Shown in pieces: positions 29,401-50,153 of a DNA stretch of 64,000 nucleotides (its first letter is position 1; each line of letters begins with the position of its first letter). Source of the DNA: Chrysomallon squamiferum (lineage: Eukaryota > Animalia > Mollusca); assembly GCA_012295275.1 (NCBI GenBank), contig CM022677.1:26474001-26538000 (forward strand), written 5' to 3'. The position numbers and the translations under genes are program-made. Under the pieces are notes generated by a model. That model was not told the DNA's origin and searched no databases. It was given only the letters and a program-made list of their open reading frames with translations.

Positions 29401-31762
29401 ATTTTATATTGCAGACAAATAACATGAAAAACGTAAATGTGCTGATCATCAGGAGTTATTTCCCCTGGTATGAGCCAGCACTTAGAAATATCCAACTTTA
29501 ATAAACATAATAACAATTACCTCTGGTAGAAGCAACAATAGTACTAGTACTAGTACTAGTAATAGCAGTAGTAATTGTAGTAGTAGTAATTGTAGCAGTT
29601 GTGGCAGTAGTAATAGTAGTAGTAGTTATTGTTTATGTTGAAGAACTAGTAAAAATAATAATAATACCAGTAGATATTGCAGTGGTAGCTGCTGCTGTTG
29701 CTACTGTTACCTTTTTTTCGCGTGGTAGTCATTTGATAATGTTGTAGTTGCTGCTATTCACGTTAACATACCGTATGAAATAAACAAACGTAAATTACCG
29801 ATGATGTCAACAATACTATGACGTATGTTTAAACATTATTCGCAGAATTGTACCTCAAATGAACAAACGGTAAGAATAATTTACTATTTCTTATATATAC
29901 ATTTATATGTGTTTGAGTCTGTGTATGTATGTGTGTGTGTATGTAGTGTTGTTTGCGTGTATGTGTTTGTGGGGGGGGTGTTTTAAACAGTTCATTCTCG
30001 CGACCGTCGAGCTATTTATGAACAATCAAATAATAATAATCATAATCATCATCATCGTCATTATCATCATCAATTAATTAATTAATTATACCTTTATGTA
30101 TAGATATATATCCACTGAACATACTTTCCATGCCATTTTCCGAGACAAACTGACATTCATTCACAAAAATCGTGACTAAGCAACCCAAACAGAAGTAGGT
30201 CGGCTTCATTGAATGAAAAAAAAAAATAATAATAATAAAATAACTTGGGGAAATTTCCCTGCCAACCCAGTTCAGTAGGTTAAAAATTATAATGAACTTT
30301 ATACTCTCGTTCCCTCTGTAACCGTGTCTCAGAAACTCTGCTTAGCACTGTTTCTCACTGAATCAAAAATAATTTTCTAACATTAATATTAAGTCATATA
30401 TATATATATGTATTCGTTAACACACACATACATATATATAATCAAACATACATACATATATATATTAAAACATCAAAAATAATATATTAAACATATACAC
30501 GCACACACATATTCACATACTTATACCTTTACATATAGATAAACACACCCACACACGAACATACACGAAATACGCTAACACGTGTACCTGCGTGAGTGTG
30601 CGTGTATGTGTATGCACATGTAAATCGCACATTACCAATCATCCAGACGCTGGGAAATACGCAAACTCTTTTAAACATAAAAAACTCAACAATCACGCCT
30701 CAGTTTTTAAATTTACAGAAGAAACATCCACATTTTCGTCACTCATCTAACTTCATCTCCAAAGCTATTTGTTTCATCGATGTGCATCCCTGCTAAATGC
30801 TGATCGAACCCTGACTTCTATACGTGCCGCAAACATAAATAGAAATGCCAAGTCAGTGTGGTGACGTTATAAATAGGTCAACGTCTCCCACTTACAAGTT
30901 CGATAATAAATTCATTTCATTAGGTCATCTGGGTTCATTTAAGTCAGTACCTCTTGTTCTATTACTGAGCAGTAAATTACTCTCTCCGTTATCTTTCTTT
31001 CTTCTCTCTCTCTTTTTCCCTCTCTGTCTCATTCTCTTTTTTTTTCTCTCTCTCCCAGTATCTCTCTCTCTATCTCTATCTCTCCGTTTCTCTCCCTATC
31101 TCTTTCTATCTATCTATCTGAAATTCAAACAAATAGATATATGAAATAACATCACAAATGGAAAAACGAGTTTAATATTATTCTATACTGATACTATGTT
31201 TTACCTAAGATTGATAATCAATACACAAACGTTAAAAACTGATTTTCACTTACTATAAAAAATTTATATTATAAATTTAAAAAACCAAAACCAAAAAAAA
31301 AAAAACCCAATAAATCCCCCCCCAAAAAAAACACCAAACCCCTCCCCATATATATATATAATTGTATTACAGTACGGATCTATGCGTATTGTATTGGAAT
31401 ATATATTTATTATTGTAAATATTTAGATGTACAATTTACATTTAATTATTATTGTACATTGTTTGTATATTAAATTTTAATATTATTGAATATGTGTATG
31501 TTAATGTCCCTGTTATGTACGCTCACGTTTCAATATTCATTTATTTGCTATTGTGGATATTTATATATTAAATTTGAATATTTATGTATTGATAAGCATA
31601 TTCATTTAGTAGAATTTAATGTTTATATAATGATTTATATAATACTCTGTGTATGTTGCATTTATTATTATCCTAATTATGTACAAGTATGTATTACTGT
31701 AAATATTAAAGCGTGTATATGTATATATATGTGTGTCTATATATGTATAGACACAGCGACAC

Positions 31763-31827
<65 letters not shown>

Positions 31828-32066
31828 AAGACAGAAACAGAGAGAGAGAAAAAGAGAGAGAGACAGACAGAGACAGAGAGCATTTTTAACGTTTCATAAT
31901 TACATTTATATCAAAACACATTCACTCAATGTCGACGACAATAACAATAACAACAATAATAACAGGAGAATAAATAAATAAATAAATACAAAATGCTGAA
32001 GACATTAAGAACAAGAGATAAAAACAAATGACCTATATTATCTTCGGAGATTTTTTTTTTTGCTTA

Positions 32067-32113
<47 letters not shown>

Positions 32114-32784
32114 TGATAACAACAACCAGAGAAGGAATGATAATAATATTAACAATAATAATAACAGTAGCAATAAATAGTAATAATAAAATTACTAACA
32201 ACAGAAATAATAATAATAAGAGCAGAAATGATGATAATAATAATAATAATAATAATAATAATATTAGTAATGACAAGAAAAATAATAATAGTAATAAGTT
32301 TAATACTAATAATATTAATAAGTTTAATACTAATAAAAGTAACAGTAGCAGTAATGATAATAATAATAGTAATAATAATAATAATAATAAGAAGAAGAAG
32401 AAGAACAGTAATAACAACAATGACAGCAATTATGGTAATAATAATTAATGATTATGATAATACTATTAATAAAAACAGTAAAGATAATAAAAATAATAAT
32501 AAAAGTAATACAACAATAAAACTAATAACAAAAATAACAAAATAACGATAAAAACAAAAATCCATAAAATAACAATAATAACAAAAACTAATAAGATAAC
32601 AAACAATAATAACAAAAACTAATAAGATAACAAACAATACTAAAATATAGTATCACAATAATAAAAATAGGTATAACAATAATAAAAATAGTATTAACAA
32701 TAATAAAAACAAAATAACAATAATACAATTAGGATAACAATAATAACATAAATATAACAAAAATAACAACAAGACTCGACTTAC

Positions 32785-33675
32785 GAGGACATTTATGTTT
32801 TGAAGAACACTCAACGAGGGTGTTGTAGCTGCTGTTGCCCCTGCATCGTGGTTGCTGGTTGTTGATCGGTGGACACCTTCTGGTCAGTGTGACGAACTGA
32901 TAACCACAGGTCACACTGCAAGGTCCAGTCACAGGCCTCACCCACGTGGTCCAATGTCCGCACACTGGTAAACAGACGTCACGTGACTCAGGCTGGGTGG
33001 GGCTTCAGAATGTGGGTTCAAGACTCGATAACGGAATATTTTTTTGTTTTAGATTTATGGTGTGTGTGTGCGTGTATGTATGCCTGTGTAATTATGTGTA
33101 TATGTGTGTGTGTCTCTCTCTCTATATATATATATAGCTGTATGTGTGCATCTGTCTTTATTTAGATTGAGGACATGTTAATGAATATCTTTGTTATGTA
33201 TGTTTGTTTTGTGAAGGTGTATGTGTGAATGTGTGTGTGAGTGAGTAAATGTATATGTGTGTCTCCATGTATGTTTCTGTGAGTGTGTATATATATGTAT
33301 ACATGTATGTGTCTGTATATTTGTATTTGTCTGTGTATGTGTGTGCCTGTGTTATAAGAAATAAAAAGTGGGTAGCATATAACAATACGAAAGTGTGTAT
33401 TGTAAGAAGATAGTCAGTTATCTTCATTAATAATTTGTAATGTCACTGAAACAAATAAAACTAAAACTAAAACTGTTTTAGTTAGACAGTGTTTTAAAAT
33501 GTGACTGGAAACACACTACACTTTTTTACTAAAGCAAGCAATATTCTAGAGAGAGAGAGAGAGAGAGATAGAGGGTATAACTATAATTGTTAGGTGTCAC
33601 AGCAGTTTATCTATTAAATGTGATAAAAGCTCTATTATTATTTCTGTATTATTATTGTTGTTGTTATAGTGGTTA

Positions 33676-33707
<32 letters not shown>

Positions 33708-33836
33708 TTGGAGCTGTTGAAGTATTAATAGTAGCAGTGGCAGTTGTAATGGTCGGATTAACAATAGTGGGTGTTGTAGTTGTAACATTAGTTATTGCTT
33801 TTGAAATAGTTGTCGTTTTTGTAGTTGTTGCTAGTG
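32785..33836 (-). CDS. Two phase-1 exons of a mucin/TSP1 protein (partial model, copy 2)
   Basis: Exon 33836-33708 (129 nt, Thr-rich) and exon 32964-32785 (180 nt; CGHWTTWVRPVTGPCSVTCGYQFVTLTRRCPPINNQQPRCRGNSSYNTLVECSSKHKCP). The only length differences from copy 1 are 3-nt and 12-nt in-frame deletions. Confidence 0.78.
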
Positions 33837-34393
33837 CTGCAAAGTTGCAGCAGTGAAATAATTAAATTCATTCGCATCACTGCATATGCGCAGATTGAAC
33901 AAACATATATTATGTGTTATTTGATAACGAGACTGATACTCAAAATTACCCGCTTGTGTGGGTCGCAATTCTTCAGATACTTGGCTTGTCATAAAATTAC
34001 AGTAAAACTGGCAACATCCTGGTCTGCTTAAAACGAATTGCATAATGGCGTAGTTTTGTAAAATGACAATTAAAACTGCACGCCGTGTTTGTAACGAATA
34101 CGACCTTAGCAACGGTGACCAGCGGTAATGAAAAAAAAAAAATTTATTTTTAAAAAGAGACGTGCATTAATACATGCATATTTTCATACATAGATACACT
34201 CGTACATACATAAATACATATATACACACATGCATAGATATATACATATATAAGAATATGCATAGACATATACATAGAAACATACATATATACATACACT
34301 AACACACATACACACGCACATATAGTTGCATAAATACCTACATTTATATATACATACCTACATACATAAATACATACATACACATATATATAA

Positions 34394-34424
<31 letters not shown>

Positions 34425-34560
34425 TATAAATTTATGGATTGCGAAAGAACGAGTTCCAGTCTCGTCAGCGGCATCTGAGGTTGTGATTGGACTTTGTCTT
34501 CCTGCACCATTGCGTTCCCGAATATTGTCTATGTGCATAACACAACAAAACATTAATTCC

Positions 34561-34635
34561 TACAGACACTCCTCGCTTAACGACCTACCCATTTAACGAC
34601 CGCGTAAACTTACGATCAGCTTTCCGACCAGTCGT
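34561..34635 (+). mobile_element. Tc1/mariner (pogo/Tigger-like) terminal fragment
   Basis: TA|CAGACACTCCTCGCTTAACGACC...CATTTAACGACC...AACTTACGA resembles Tigger-like TIR starts. It is absent from duplication copy 1. Confidence 0.5.
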
Positions 34636-35212
34636 ACACTGTAAGAGGTCTTTAATCGTAAATCACCTCGTTTCTCAGTATTCAATTTAGATTATATAAA
34701 ACAGTGATTATTTCTGTGTACACAGATTAAAGTATTAATTAAAAAAACAAAAAATGCTTTATATAAAATGAAAAAGACAAAGATTGACTCACACAAATGG
34801 TCAATGTGGTTTATATAACGCAATTTTTCTTTGTGTACAGGTGCAAAGATTTGAAAAGATTTGTAGCATTGTTGTTGATGACGTCGCACTGTTGTTGTAC
34901 TTGTTGCTGTTGAAATACGTGTATGGTACATGCTGCGTCTTGTTGCAGTTGTGGCAGCAATAAAGAAAATTAGATTCCAGCGATTCACAACTTTCTGTCT
35001 CTCTGTATATATACACACACATGAATACATACATACACATATAAGTACATGCATATATATATTCATAGAAACATTCATATATACATACACTAACACACAT
35101 ACACATATACTTGCATACATACAGTTATACAGACATACCTACATACATAAATACATATATACATACTTACATATATATATACATACATACATACATATAG
35201 ATAGATAGATAT

Positions 35213-35260
<48 letters not shown>

Positions 35261-36356
35261 GTCTCTGTTCAGATGCACTAAAACTTTGGAAGACAGAAGG
35301 ACATGTACAAACAGGGTGACAGAGAAAAGGTAGAGTGAGTGAATGAGCGAAAGAGAGACAGACTGAGGGAGACAGTGAGAGAAAATGAGAAAGAGAATGA
35401 GAAATATATATATATATGAGACAAAGAATAAAAAATGAGCAAAGAAACTAAGAAAGAACAAATATGGAGAGAGAAATTGAAAGAAAGTGAAAAAATAAAA
35501 ATGCTAGAAAGAAAAAAATGAATAATAATAAATTGAGACAAATAATTATTGTTATTGTTCGTGTTGTTGTCAATAGTGTCATTACTTTATTATTATTATT
35601 ATTATTTTTATTATTACTATTATCTGGTTGCTAAGGAGCACGAAAGTTCCAGTCCCAATTCTCATTATACTGTATTCTAATATCTGACAGTAAATTTCAA
35701 AAACTGATAATAAAATAAAACGAGATCGAGAGAAAAGGTAAAAGGAAAGGGTTTTCAGCCAATGGGAACGCAACGTATAAAAGGTGACTATTAGTCCGGA
35801 GACGTAATTTTGAAACCGATACTGCTGTGTGACAGACGAGTTTCAATCTTACGTAAGAAAACTTCTGAGAGCGGTCTTCGTACTTTGTAAGTAACGTTGT
35901 AGTAGTAGCAGTAATAGTAGTAGTAGTAGTAGTAATATAATAGTAGAAGAAGTAGTAGATGTTGTTGTTGTTGTTGTTGTAATATTAATAGTAGTAATTG
36001 TAATTTTAGAATTCCAATAATTTCTTCTTTTTTTTTGAGGGTTTTAAAAAAGTTAATAATAGCAGTTGTTGTCGTCGTTGTTATAACCTTCGAATCTAGA
36101 GCTAGAACGTATATATGTTTTATTAATTCTGATCTTTTCTGTTTGTTTTCATTTTAAATATAGTTAGTAAATATAGTTGTTGTTAATGATGATGTTGTCG
36201 TCGATGTTGTCGAATCTATAACTAGATTATATATGTAGATAGTAACAAATTTATATATATATAGTTATCAGTTAAGAATACTAAAAGTAATGGCTGTTGA
36301 TGTTGCCGTCGACGTTGTTGTTGTTGCTGATGTTGTATCTTTCAGGATCAATCAGC

Positions 36357-37274
36357 ATGAAACTTCTGACATTTTTCTTCTGTTTGCTTCTCGCTGCCTT
36401 TCAAGGTTTGTCAATGTTTTTTTGTTTTTCCTTTTCGTGTTTTCGTTATTTTTAATCCTTAAACATTTCACACTTACATTTCCTTTACATATATATATAT
36501 CATTTTTGTCTTCTTCTTTTACTTTCTCTTCTCCGGAATCTTCCGTTTATCTTCTGTCCATTATTTAATTTTTAATTTGTTTTTTTCCTTTTTATTTATC
36601 TCTGGAAGATTTTCATATTCTCCTTATTTTTCTTTACCTAATTTTCTTTTTCTTCTTTGATTGACAATTAAATTAGTAATTTGAACAAAAAAAAATTGTT
36701 AATTTTTCGTAGCGGTTGCAGAGAGCACAACTACACCAGTGTTTACAACAAGTCAAAACGTATGTATTACACGAGCCATGAATCACTAAGTATTATAATT
36801 TTATTATTATCAGCATCATAATAATAATTATTATTATTGTTGTTGTGGTTGTTCAGTCCGTCGTTATTCATAAACTTAATGATCAAAACGTTCAAAAAAG
36901 GCGGTACGTTTTCAAACGAGCTAATGACGTCATAAATTTATTATTAAAAAATCTATTTAATACGTCATAATCCTACTGTGCAGTCTACTAATTACGTCAT
37001 AATCACAATTATTTTTCTTTGTCTTTTTTTATATTTTTTATTTTTTAAATCAATCACGTCATAAATACATTACCTACGTTAATAAAAAAGAAAAAAAAAA
37101 GAAAGAAAAAAGAAAGAAAGATTTTTTTTTTCAATTTTAATGGTTTAAATATAAACTGTACTAAATTATGACGTATGACCTGATTTTCAGTCTGGAGTAG
37201 CAGAGTCTGCCGTCTGCGCCGCTCAGATTCTGATTCTTGGTTCAGCAGCCGCAGTGATGATTCTTACGAAATAA
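36357..37274 (+). CDS. 59-aa predicted GPI-anchored microprotein, paralog 2
   Basis: Exons 36357-36405, 36713-36759 and 37191-37274 encode MKLLTFFFCLLLAAFQ-AVAESTTTPVFTTSQN-SGVAESAVCAAQILILGSAAAVMILTK*. Splice phases are the same as paralog 1; the exon-2 length difference (15 nt) keeps frame. Confidence 0.8.
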
Positions 37275-38388
37275 AAGTGTGTCGACGTAATTTCCTCCTT
37301 GTCCAGTGAGCATTCATGAACCATCGCTTCTTCCAGCATTTTGATTGGATGATCCTGGATTTCGTGTTTTTGTCTCCTGTCTGCTGTAGCATTGACTTTC
37401 TCAAATGACTTGATATAACCGTTTTAGTAATAATAATAATATTATTATTTATTTATTTGTTTATTTATTTATTTGTTTGTTTGTTTGTTTGTTTGTTTGT
37501 TTGTTTATTTATTTATTTATTTGTTTATTTGTTTGTTTATTTATTTATTTACTTGTTATTTTATTATTGTTATTATTATTATTATTATTATTATTAGTTT
37601 TATATAATAGTTTTATTATTATTTTTTAATTCTAATTATGATTATTATTAATTTCTTCTGATACTTATAGTACATTACTCTGTCATAGACATATTTCATA
37701 AATAAATGTTTTATTTTCTTTCTTTTGTTTCTTTTCTGTTGTTGTGCTTTTCCTTTGCTTTTGTTTTTTGTAGAGGTTGAGGGATTTCTTTCTTTGTTTT
37801 TCTTGTTTTAAGATCGATATAAGCTGGAAACATTTGAAATTAAAAACGCGTGACATTTAAAACCAGGTGTAAATATTTTTTAAAGTATAACATAACGTAA
37901 GACAAATTTAAAAATAAATATTAAATAATTAAATAAATAAATAAATAAATAAGTTCTTGAACAGTTAAATTGGGCAGTCAGTTACTATGGTAACTGGACA
38001 ATTGTTATGGTATTCTCGCCAGTGTTACTAGTCAAAATCAGAGTGAGAACACATACTTTATACGAGTTGTGTAATACTGTTTAGCTTGGTTTAAATCTAA
38101 AATCGTCTGAATACGAACTGAACAGAAAAAAAATAAAATAAAAAAATAAAAATGAAAAGCGAATTTAATCCTCAACTTTCTTTTTTTTTTCTTTTTTTTT
38201 TTTTTTTTTTGTGTATCTTATATCAGTTTTTGTTCTGCTGAAATAAAACTGAGCTATTCTCGCCAGTGTTACCAGTGAAAACCAGAGTGAGAAGTAGTAA
38301 AAAAAAAAAAATAAAAAAAAAATAAAAAAACATTTTCAAACTCGAATTGTCTATGTAACTACATATATGTGTCTCTGGATAATATTTA

Positions 38389-38432
<44 letters not shown>

Positions 38433-38550
38433 AGTGTGTATATGTTCGGGTGGGGTTGCGTGCGCGTGCATATGTGATACAGATAAATGAAACAAAACAA
38501 TTAGAAAAATTCAAGAAAACAAAAACAAAAGCAATTAAATTTAAATGTAT

Positions 38551-38665
<115 letters not shown>

Positions 38666-40179
38666 TATTTCTCCCTTAGAAAACATTTTCTCTTTATATA
38701 TATTTATTTTGTTTACTTATAAAGGCAACTTCGAATCATGTACCGAAAAGTCCTTATTTCTTTTTTTTCTAATTATTTATTTTATTTTATTATTATCATT
38801 TTTTTTTTTTTTGATTGTATTTTCCTTTTTTATTATTTATTCTTTTATTACTGTTATATCAAGGCTAAATCTAATTTAATAACGTAACATGCGATATATC
38901 ACTCTTTTCTTTTCACCGTGTTTTATTGAAGTAATTATGCAACCTATTCTACTGTATGGGGGTCGTTAAATCAAACGTTTTCTCAAATGTAAAATTAATG
39001 CAAATGACGCAATTCTGTGTGTTAATAAATGTGCTCCCCTGGACTGATTCACCGTGGTGAAATAGGAACAGCTCTTTCTTGTACTTCTGTGAGAATAAGA
39101 TATTTGTGACAAGTCAGGACGAGTGTTTGTTGTTAAATGCAAGTCAGCGATCCTCAGTGGAACAAATGCGTGTGAAAAATATCCCAGACGCTTCTAACTT
39201 TTAATAGCGGTGTCTTAAGTGTAGTGGTACCTTATCTTGACTTACGAGTTTAATTCGTAATTTTGCTGGATTATTATTCTGAAAAAAATATTTTATAATT
39301 AAATAAAAACCAGGGTCTTAATTAATGGTCTCTGAACTCTTTGTTTTTTTTCTAAATTTTAATCCAGAGAAATTATAATTAACCTACAAGAAACAGCTTT
39401 AGAATTTTTTTTATTACTCCACGACGATCTGGGACACAAATCTGACAAACGGAAGTACATTAATTTGCATAAATCCAAAATGGCCGCTTGAGACTTGAAT
39501 GTTCTAGTTCACTGCTGTCATACGTAAATTTAGCCGAAAAATCCCTAAAAATAACACACTAAAAATAAAAAAAAAAAAAAAAAGAAACAGCGTATTAAAA
39601 GCGAAAAAAACAACAGCAAACGAACTAGATTCTTAGTTGTTTCAGTGTGCGGATGACACGATTATTTCCGTTCGAAATGCTCAGTCTGTTGTTTCATTTT
39701 TTACTGCCACAAACATAGGCAGTTTAAATATTCAAGACGTACAGTATTATTATTCTATACGTCTTGAATATTCAAACTGCCTACGTTTTTATTCCTTTGT
39801 AGCCGTAGCATACTTTATTAATGGTATTTTATCACACGCACACGCACACACACGCACACATGAACGATAAGAATTAAAGATCAGCCAACAGAAACATGTG
39901 TGCAATTAAATATTCACTCATATATATATATATATACATCTAAATAATTATAGATATCTGTAATGACATTACATAGACTTACACAGACAAAAACACACGC
40001 ACATAAATACAAACACAGGCACACACGCACACACACACAAAATACCTTCACATGTGCACACAATACTTTACGAGAATATGAGACGTCATTAAGGGACGTA
40101 ATCCTTTCTGGGTAAAATTTCGTATTCTTTGACGAGTCGTCTCCCTGGAATTAAAATAAATTAAATAAAAACAAACAAA

Positions 40180-40242
<63 letters not shown>

Positions 40243-41025
40243 ATACAAATTTCACATTTATTTCCTTCATTTTACTAATTTTGTAAATCAAACATGTCAA
40301 AGACTCTCCTTATGGTTTTCGACTTTACAAATGGCCGAATCCAAACTCTAAGAAAGGCTGTCATAATCATGTGGAAATTGGTAACCGGGTTAAATTTAGA
40401 ATATTTTATAGAAATTTATATTTTCAGAAAATTAATTGATATGCTTTTCCATTAGCAATAGGAACAGTCAGAATTATACAATATCTGCAAATAATTATTC
40501 ATCTTATTAAAATATCAAGTTAATGCCGTTTACAAAAATAAAACGTGATATTATGCGAAAAGTTTATTAAAATTACACAACGCCGTGTAAATAAAAAAAA
40601 ACATATTTAGTAGGAGCGCAGTTAATTATGACAAAATTTAGAATCAGTGTAAATCGAGAATTATAAAATTGGTAAGTGAAAAACATTTTTTTTTTTTTTT
40701 TTTTTTTAACTTTAATAACATACAGGAATTGAGATACAGGTGTATATGTAAGAATGAGTATATGTTCGTTATTATTTTTATTTTTATTTTCCTCTCACAA
40801 TTTACTGATAATTTATTACAAGTATTAAGATTGCAGATGGAGAGAAGGCCTGTGGGTGTCACAGTGGTTATATTGACAAATTGAGAATTAAATATACTAA
40901 ATTTCTACAGATATCTGAAGAAAAACTGCGCGTCGGAATTTACCTTGTATTCATTGTCAGTATTATTATTATTATTAAACTGCTTATGTGATTAAATTGG
41001 GGTTTATCTGTAATAATGTTATTAC

Positions 41026-41077
<52 letters not shown>

Positions 41078-41341
41078 TTGATAAGACGTGTAAAAGTGTC
41101 AGTGTAAACAGCACTACAGTTATTATAAGATTAACGTAATTTTCACTCTGTCTCAGTTTATTCAAGTAAACTGCTGGTAGTAAATAAAAAACGTAAATTC
41201 CGTGCAGCAGTCTCAAATGATCTTAAGAAAACTACGCTCATACAAAATAAATACGATATTTATGTCATTAATATAAATTGCAGCGATTCCATTAAAGTAA
41301 CAGCTCGGTCTTAAAGATATACTATTCTGTTCTTCACAAAA

Positions 41342-41460
41342 TACAGTGGTGCCTTGACTTACGAGTTTAATTCGTTCCGTGACAGCGCTCGTATTAAACT
41401 CAGTTTGCTCGTATATCAAATCAATTTTCCCCATACTGAAATTAATTGAAATACTATTAA
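41342..41460 (+). mobile_element. pogo/Tigger-like Tc1-mariner MITE left end
   Basis: TA|CAGTGGTGCCTTGACTTACGAGTTTAATTCGTTCCGTGAC...CTCGTATATCAAATCAATTTTCCCCAT, a recognisable Tc1/pogo-type terminus. The right TIR was not found. Confidence 0.6.
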
Positions 41461-42716
41461 AATACATTATTGTAATTTCTATTAATGTCGACGTCGTTGC
41501 CGTGGTACGGGCGTTGTTCCTAACCTTATTGGTGTTCTCTTCATCATTCCTTTTTAGTCGCTGTTATTCTTATTTTCTGACCGTGTCCATCCTGTATTAA
41601 AATATTTTACTAATGTTTCTGTTAATGTAGCCGTCGTCCCTTCCGCCGTAACGACGTTGTTCTCAACGTTCTCTGTGCACTTCTCGTTTTTCTTTTGTCT
41701 TTTTATTAATTATTATTCATACATTTTTTTTTTTTTAGTGTTTCAAATCCTATATTAAAATGTATTATTACCGTTTCTATCAATATCACCATCGTTGCCT
41801 CGTCTCTGGCTTTCGTAGAGTTCTTCTCATTACTCTTTAGCGCTTTTTATGAAACATTCCTCAGTGAGCATGCGCATCGCCTATTAGACAGCAGAGAACT
41901 AGCGAACTGGAGTTAAAAGACAACCGGGCTACGCAGTCTGTTATACAGATTAAATAAATTCGAATGAAATTAGAGAGTGATTAATTTTTGAAAATAAAAT
42001 AAAATTCCTAAGCCAACCCGTTTTGAAGAAAACGATAGCTTATTTTTATAAGCAACGAAAATTAGGAAATATTCAACGCAATGAAACTGAGACTAATTCC
42101 TACTAACCATGACAAAACGGGTACCTGTGCGTGAACGTGGATTTATTTATTTTTCATAGTTTTTCTGTTTACTTGTACCCTTTTTTTTTCGCAGATGTTT
42201 CTACGTTTTTCTGTTTCACTGCTTGGTGAGATGGCACAGAAGACGAATAAGCGAATTTTTTTATGCCAGATGACAACTTAATATTACTGAATTTAATTTT
42301 AGATACGCCATTTGGACAATTAGTGGACGATTTATATATATATATATATATATCTGAAACTTTAGATACGTGGTTTTGTCTGTATATGAATGTGTGAGAA
42401 ATCTTATTTTTCAAATTTTATTTTTAAAGATTCTATTTGATTTAATGTCTGTGTGCGCTGGCAACTTTAATTTTAAAGCTAATTACTCGTACTGGGTTGT
42501 TTTTGGCTACATATGTGTTATAACTGACAACATAATTTCTTCTTTTTTTTGAACGTTTGGGTGCATTTGGCGTATATATAATGATACATGTATGTGCTTA
42601 TCTACATGTGTCTGTGCGTAATATTTATGGATGTATGTGTATGTATGAAAGTTTGCTTGGATGTGTGTATGTATTGACGCAATGTTAACTTGTTAATTTA
42701 TATTTATTTATTTATT

Positions 42717-42800
<84 letters not shown>

Positions 42801-43854
42801 TAGTTAGTTAGTTAGTTACTTTATTTTATTTTATTTATTTATTCTTATTTTATTTTATTTTTTATCGGAAACAAATTAAATAAATAACTGTAGAGGTGTA
42901 GATAACTGCAAATATTATACTACTGTGCTCAAGTACTAAAAACCGTTAAATAATATTTTGTTCTTTTTTATTATTACTATTATTCCATATTATATATGAA
43001 AGGTTTAAAAACTGATTCTACTGTATAAAAAAACAAACAAAACAAAAAACATAAAAAACAACATGTTTTTTTTCTCGTTAAATTTTCATACCGTTTCTCA
43101 TATTTTAATAACTTGAATGGATTAATTAAGATTTTTCTTTAAGAGCGTGTTGATTTGTGCATGTCAAAGAAAGTGATTTAGTTGTGTGTTTTTTTGTGTT
43201 TTATTTTTAATTTTTTATTTTAAGTACATAAGCCTGTAATCCGGGCTGTCTCCGGAGTAAACCTTGCAAATGGTTCAACGCCTTATTTGAATTAATTATG
43301 AAAATCGTTTCTTTTCTCTAACATTGTCTCGTTCCCAAAATCTCATCACAACTGAAAAGAAAAAAGAAAATGAGGGAAAAAATATATTTATTCGAAGATG
43401 GTCAACCGCTAAAAGTTCAAGAATAGTTTTTCATATGTTAATTTCTTTTGTTTAAGTATCACGTTATTTCACCACTGACTTTACACCATAACCAAGTCAT
43501 AAAACATTTAAAAAAAATAATAATAATTTTTTTTACAATAATTGTCCAGACGTTAGCAATTTTTGTCTCTTTCGAGTTACAGCATTCAAAATCGGTTCAC
43601 AATTATTTATTATAAAGGCGTATCTAAAATTAAATTCAGTAATATTAAGTTATCATTAATATTAAGTTGTCAAATAATAATAATTGTAGTAGTAGTAGTA
43701 GAAGTAGTAGTAGTTTACATACATAAATGCATGTAATGCTAACATCTACATTTGCCTGATAATCTAATAATAATAACCAGTTATTCAAAAGGCACGCGCG
43801 CACACAGTTAAACAGACACAAACACACACACTTTCGGCCAGATAAGTGTTTAGG

Positions 43855-43895
<41 letters not shown>

Positions 43896-44274
43896 TCGTT
43901 ATTTGAATGAGATTTTACATATTAATGAGTTTAGTTCTGCTGTAGCAAGTACTCGATGAACGACATCTCGACAAATAGCTAACCGGACATTTTAGACTAT
44001 TTCAGTGACGTCATCATAAAAAATAAACAAAACAAATGAACACAAAAATATTTATTTCTCGTACCAATTGCTGTTGCAGGCTGTAATAATCGTTCCTACT
44101 CTGAGTTCTTCTTATAACGTGTAAGTAAATTAGTAAATTAGTAATAGCGATTAAGTAAGTAAATATTTAATAACAGATTAATTTAAACATTACATACCAG
44201 CGATTGCAGACGACAATATTTTTGTATTTTGTAGCAGAATTAACGGCCTCCATAGATTATTTTCAGAAATAGTA

Positions 44275-44346
<72 letters not shown>

Positions 44347-45182
44347 TAACAACAACAATAACAACAACAATAGCAACAACAGTAACAAAACGAAAACAAA
44401 TAAATAATATTATTACGACATTTTCTTTCGGCGTAAATATCTCTTGAAAAATCTTTCAGCTAAGGCCGGGACAGGGCATTCGACCGAAATACAGAGAATT
44501 AGTGAAATAAGTCACCCCCACCCACCCACATGTAAACGAACGACAACTATTACTCATTTATATATCAACAGATACAGTCGTAACCACCTTGAGGCAAATG
44601 AGGCAAATGCCTCATACCGAAATTGACGGGGTTTTTTAATTATGAATTTTGTATAAAAGATTTTATTTTAAAAATATAAAATATAAATCTCTATTCCAAT
44701 AGAAACGATATCCACTGAATGAATTCGTTTATGTCTCCGGTTACTGTTTAAAGTCTACCGACAACGTTGCGATGAAAGACATAACTGACTTCAAAGTCAT
44801 CACTTTTTGCCTCATTTAAAAAAGAGTCTTATTACGGATCCCTCGTAAGTTCTTTAAACGGAGAATACTTTATTACATTAGAACATATAAATTTGAAATA
44901 TATTTTTTGGTGACCTTTTCTCAAAAATCATTAAAATTCTCACGTTCGGTGTATTAACTGTTCACAACTTCAAAATGCTGTATCTGTCATTTGTGTGTGT
45001 GTGCGTGCGTGCGTGTGTGTGGCTGTGTGTGTATGTGTGTATGTTTTCATCCTTGACTGAATGTCATTTGATTGGCATGATGGTATAAAAGACATCTTTA
45101 TCCCAAATTTCAGCTTAGAATTGCTATATTTTGACACATTAATGAATTAAATATATACTATTATGTTACAGGTTCTAACAAA

Positions 45183-50103
<4,921 letters not shown>

Positions 50104-50112
50104 TAATCTCTA

Positions 50113-50153
<41 letters not shown>

